Shown: piece by piece, positions 20,973-23,431 of the stretch
How positions within the stretch are numbered: position 1 is the stretch's first letter
Layout: every line of letters begins with the position of its first letter
Origin: a virus
Taxonomy: Duplodnaviria; Heunggongvirae; Uroviricota; Caudoviricetes
Strand: one strand, 5' to 3'
IMG/VR virus record: IMGVR_UViG_3300017649_000001
Span: 88,798-112,228 of that record
Length of the DNA stretch: 23,431 bases
Position numbers and translations under genes: made by a program
The notes under the pieces: generated by a model
Database searches by the model: none
The model's input: the letters and a program-made list of their open reading frames with translations, nothing else
Told to the model about the DNA's origin: nothing

Positions 20973-23431
20973 TGGCCGAAGACCTTATCATTTCCTACGC
21001 CAACGACATTCAGGTTCGCCCCCGGCACAATCATGAAGTTCGTGTCACGTTGACAAAACAGGGGCCGGCGGGTGTTCAGGGTCCGAAAGGGGACACTGGC
21101 GACGTTACGCAGGACGCGCTCGACGCACTTGCGGCTGCGAAGATTGCCGAAACGAATGCCAAAACTTCGGCTACCAATGCCAAGACGTCAGAGACGTCGG
21201 CCGCCGCATCCAAAACTGCGGCATCGACCTCTGCGACTAACGCCAAAGCTTCCGAAACGAATGCCGCCGCGAGCGCATCGGCATCTCTTGCCGCCAAGAC
21301 AGCTTCTGAATCAGCCCGCGATGACGCTCAGGCGTCTAAAATCGCGTCGGCAGCGTCTGCCACCGCCGCCAAAACCTCGGAAACAAATGCCAAAACTTCT
21401 GAAACGAAGGCTGCTGCGAGTCAGACCAGTGCTGCAAACTCGGCCTCTGATGCAATAGCCGCTCGCGACGCCGCCAAGGCATCAGAAACGAATGCGAAGA
21501 CTTCCGAGACAAACGCTGCCGCTTACGCAGTAGATGCTAAAGCGAGCCGCAATGGTATCGAGGCTTTCGTTGCTGATGCAGAAACGTCCGCGGCTGTCGC
21601 AAACGCAGCCAAGGCCGACGCTATAACTGCCAAGATAGCGACTGAAACCGCGCGCACGGACGCCCAGAACGCCGCTTCAACAGCCGTTGCTGCAAATACC
21701 GCCGCTCAGTCGGCAAAATCGGATGCAGAGGCCGCCAAGACAATCTCCGAAACGGCGAGAGATGAAGCTGTTGCTTCCGTCAGTGCGATCGGCACTTCGG
21801 TCGACGACGCTCTTACCGCTCGTAATGAAGCCGAGGGCTTCGCTCTACGTGCTGAAGCCGCTGCTGAAGAAACCTCTATATTCGACCCTGCAAGTTTCAT
21901 GCGCAAGTCGAACAATGGTTCCGATTTTGCAGATGTAAACGCCGCTCGTGAAAATATCGGGGCACAGATCAAGCTCGATACCGTGAGCCAGGCTGAAGCA
22001 ACCGCGGGCACCGAAAAGATCGAGCGAAATTGGACCGCCGAAAGGGTTAAGCAGGCAATTGACGCGAACATCGCTTCAAAGGCCGATCTTAACTCGCCTG
22101 ACTTTGCAGGGATTCCAACTGCTCCGACGGCAGTAGTCGGCACAAACACCACTCAGATTGCTACAACTGCATTCGTAAAGGCTGCGGTCGACGAACTGGT
22201 CGGCGCGGCACCTGGTGCTCTCGATACTCTCCAGGAATTGGCAGATGCTATCGGTGATGATCCTAATTTCGCCACGACTGTTACCAATCAGATCGCGTCG
22301 AAAGCCGATCTTGTTCACACGCATTCGGTCACCGATATCGATGGATTGAAGGCTGCGCTAGACAGCAAAGCGCCTTTGGCATCACCCGCCCTTACCGGCA
22401 CGCCCACAGCGCCTACTCCGACGAAGGGTGATAGCTCGACTAATTTGGCTACGACCGAATTTGTTTCGGTTGCTGTGGCTGATAAGGCTGATCTAGCCCA
22501 CACCCACGCAATTACTGACATTCTTGAACTGCAGCCGACTCTGGACAGCAAAGCGAACGCTGCCGAGGTTTCGGAGGCGCTGAGCTTGAAAGCTCCGCTC
22601 GACTCGCCGACTCTCACCGGTGTTCCCAAAGCTCCCACAGCGACCAAAGGCACCAATACAACTCAGGTCGCCACCACGGCATTTGTAGCAGCGGCAGTTG
22701 CTAATCTGTCCGGGGCGGAGCATGAGCATGAAATCGCCGATATCAATGGTCTGAAGGCCGCGCTGGATGGTAAAGCCGCGCTCTCGCACGAGCACGCCAT
22801 TACTGACGTAACTGGCCTGCAAACCGCATTGAACGCTAAAGCCGCGCTCTCGCATACTCATAATATGGACGATGTTGCCGGTCTTGGGGCTGCCTTGGAC
22901 CTGAAGGCGCCACTTGCTTCTCCCGCCCTCACTGGCTCACCGACGGCTCCAACCGCAACGTCAGGAACGAACAATACTCAAATCGCCACGACAGCATTTG
23001 TCGGCGCCGCAGTCTCCAAATTCGGTGATGAGCTGACGATCGCCGGTGTGGATGGCCTTCAAACTGCTCTTGATGCGAAATGGGAAACCGCCGACCTCAC
23101 TCTCATATCTCAGGCAGAGGCAGAGAGTGGTTCAATGACGACCGCGAGAGTATGGTCCGCTCAGCGAGTTCGACAGGCCATTGATAAGGCAGCGTTTCAG
23201 ATTAACGGCTCTATCGCAGCGTCTGTAAACCTGAATGATATGCTGACTCCAGGTCTCTGGCATCAAGGTGCCAACGCCAACACTTCAGCCGCACTCAACT
23301 ATCCTGTTCTGCTCGCAGGTATGCTTCAGGTGACTGCGGCTTCTAATATGGTCTATCAAACATATACGGCCTACAGCACCGGCAAAATCTACTCCCGTGT
23401 CAAATATCAAACTGCATGGTCGTCTTGGGTC
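20972..23431 (+). CDS. Side tail fibre protein, partial (820 codons in the window, no stop)
   Basis: Hand translation from ATG 20972 stays open to the window end: GPAGVQGPKGDTG collagen-like stub, Stf-like AKTSETNA repeats, four SPxLTGxPxAPT repeats, five HxH repeats and a knob-like domain (NLNDMLTPGLW...YQTYTAY...IYSR...W..W). Confidence 0.92.
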   Translation, partial: MAEDLIISYANDIQVRPRHNHEVRVTLTKQGPAGVQGPKGDTGDVTQDALDALAAAKIAETNAKTSATNAKTSETSAAASKTAASTSATNAKASETNAAASASASLAAKTASESARDDAQASKIASAASATAAKTSETNAKTSETKAAASQTSAANSASDAIAARDAAKASETNAKTSETNAAAYAVDAKASRNGIEAFVADAETSAAVANAAKADAITAKIATETARTDAQNAASTAVAANTAAQSAKSDAEAAKTISETARDEAVASVSAIGTSVDDALTARNEAEGFALRAEAAAEETSIFDPASFMRKSNNGSDFADVNAARENIGAQIKLDTVSQAEATAGTEKIERNWTAERVKQAIDANIASKADLNSPDFAGIPTAPTAVVGTNTTQIATTAFVKAAVDELVGAAPGALDTLQELADAIGDDPNFATTVTNQIASKADLVHTHSVTDIDGLKAALDSKAPLASPALTGTPTAPTPTKGDSSTNLATTEFVSVAVADKADLAHTHAITDILELQPTLDSKANAAEVSEALSLKAPLDSPTLTGVPKAPTATKGTNTTQVATTAFVAAAVANLSGAEHEHEIADINGLKAALDGKAALSHEHAITDVTGLQTALNAKAALSHTHNMDDVAGLGAALDLKAPLASPALTGSPTAPTATSGTNNTQIATTAFVGAAVSKFGDELTIAGVDGLQTALDAKWETADLTLISQAEAESGSMTTARVWSAQRVRQAIDKAAFQINGSIAASVNLNDMLTPGLWHQGANANTSAALNYPVLLAGMLQVTAASNMVYQTYTAYSTGKIYSRVKYQTAWSSWV

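Larger units (their letters stand above)
1..23431 (+). mobile_element. Siphovirus-type phage/prophage structural and lysis region (possibly a phage-plasmid)
   Basis: Continuous, translationally coupled run of neck, tube, chaperone, tape measure, M-L-K-I-J, lysis and fibre genes; no host housekeeping gene; both window ends fall inside phage ORFs. Confidence 0.97.

Noticed and set aside
21072-22861. Small ORFs on both strands in the last 2.4 kb
   Set aside because: Alternate-frame or antisense shadows of the single open fibre gene starting at 20972.

Overview
The whole window is the virion-morphogenesis and lysis region of a long-tailed (siphovirus-type) phage. The order is: neck proteins, major tail protein, tail chaperones with a lambda-type -1 frameshift, a 1555-aa tape measure carrying an M15 peptidase, the lambda-like tip genes M-L-K-I-J, a post-J cassette with three paralogues, a holin/SAR-lysozyme/spanin cassette, and a side-fibre module that runs off the window end. 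All recognised genes are on + except one AT-richer lipoprotein gene inserted between M and L. From memory, the neck and tube proteins resemble those of SSU5/pHCM2-type phage-plasmids, and the lysis genes look alphaproteobacterial; neither could be checked without a search. The most striking unexplained structure is a 14-bp palindrome, TAACTA-NN-TAGTTA, found in eight intergenic gaps ahead of tail, lysis and fibre genes. In two places it overlaps the -10/start of a well-spaced sigma70-like promoter, which suggests a multi-operator regulon controlling the late genes. No RNA genes, CRISPR array, integrase or transposase were seen.
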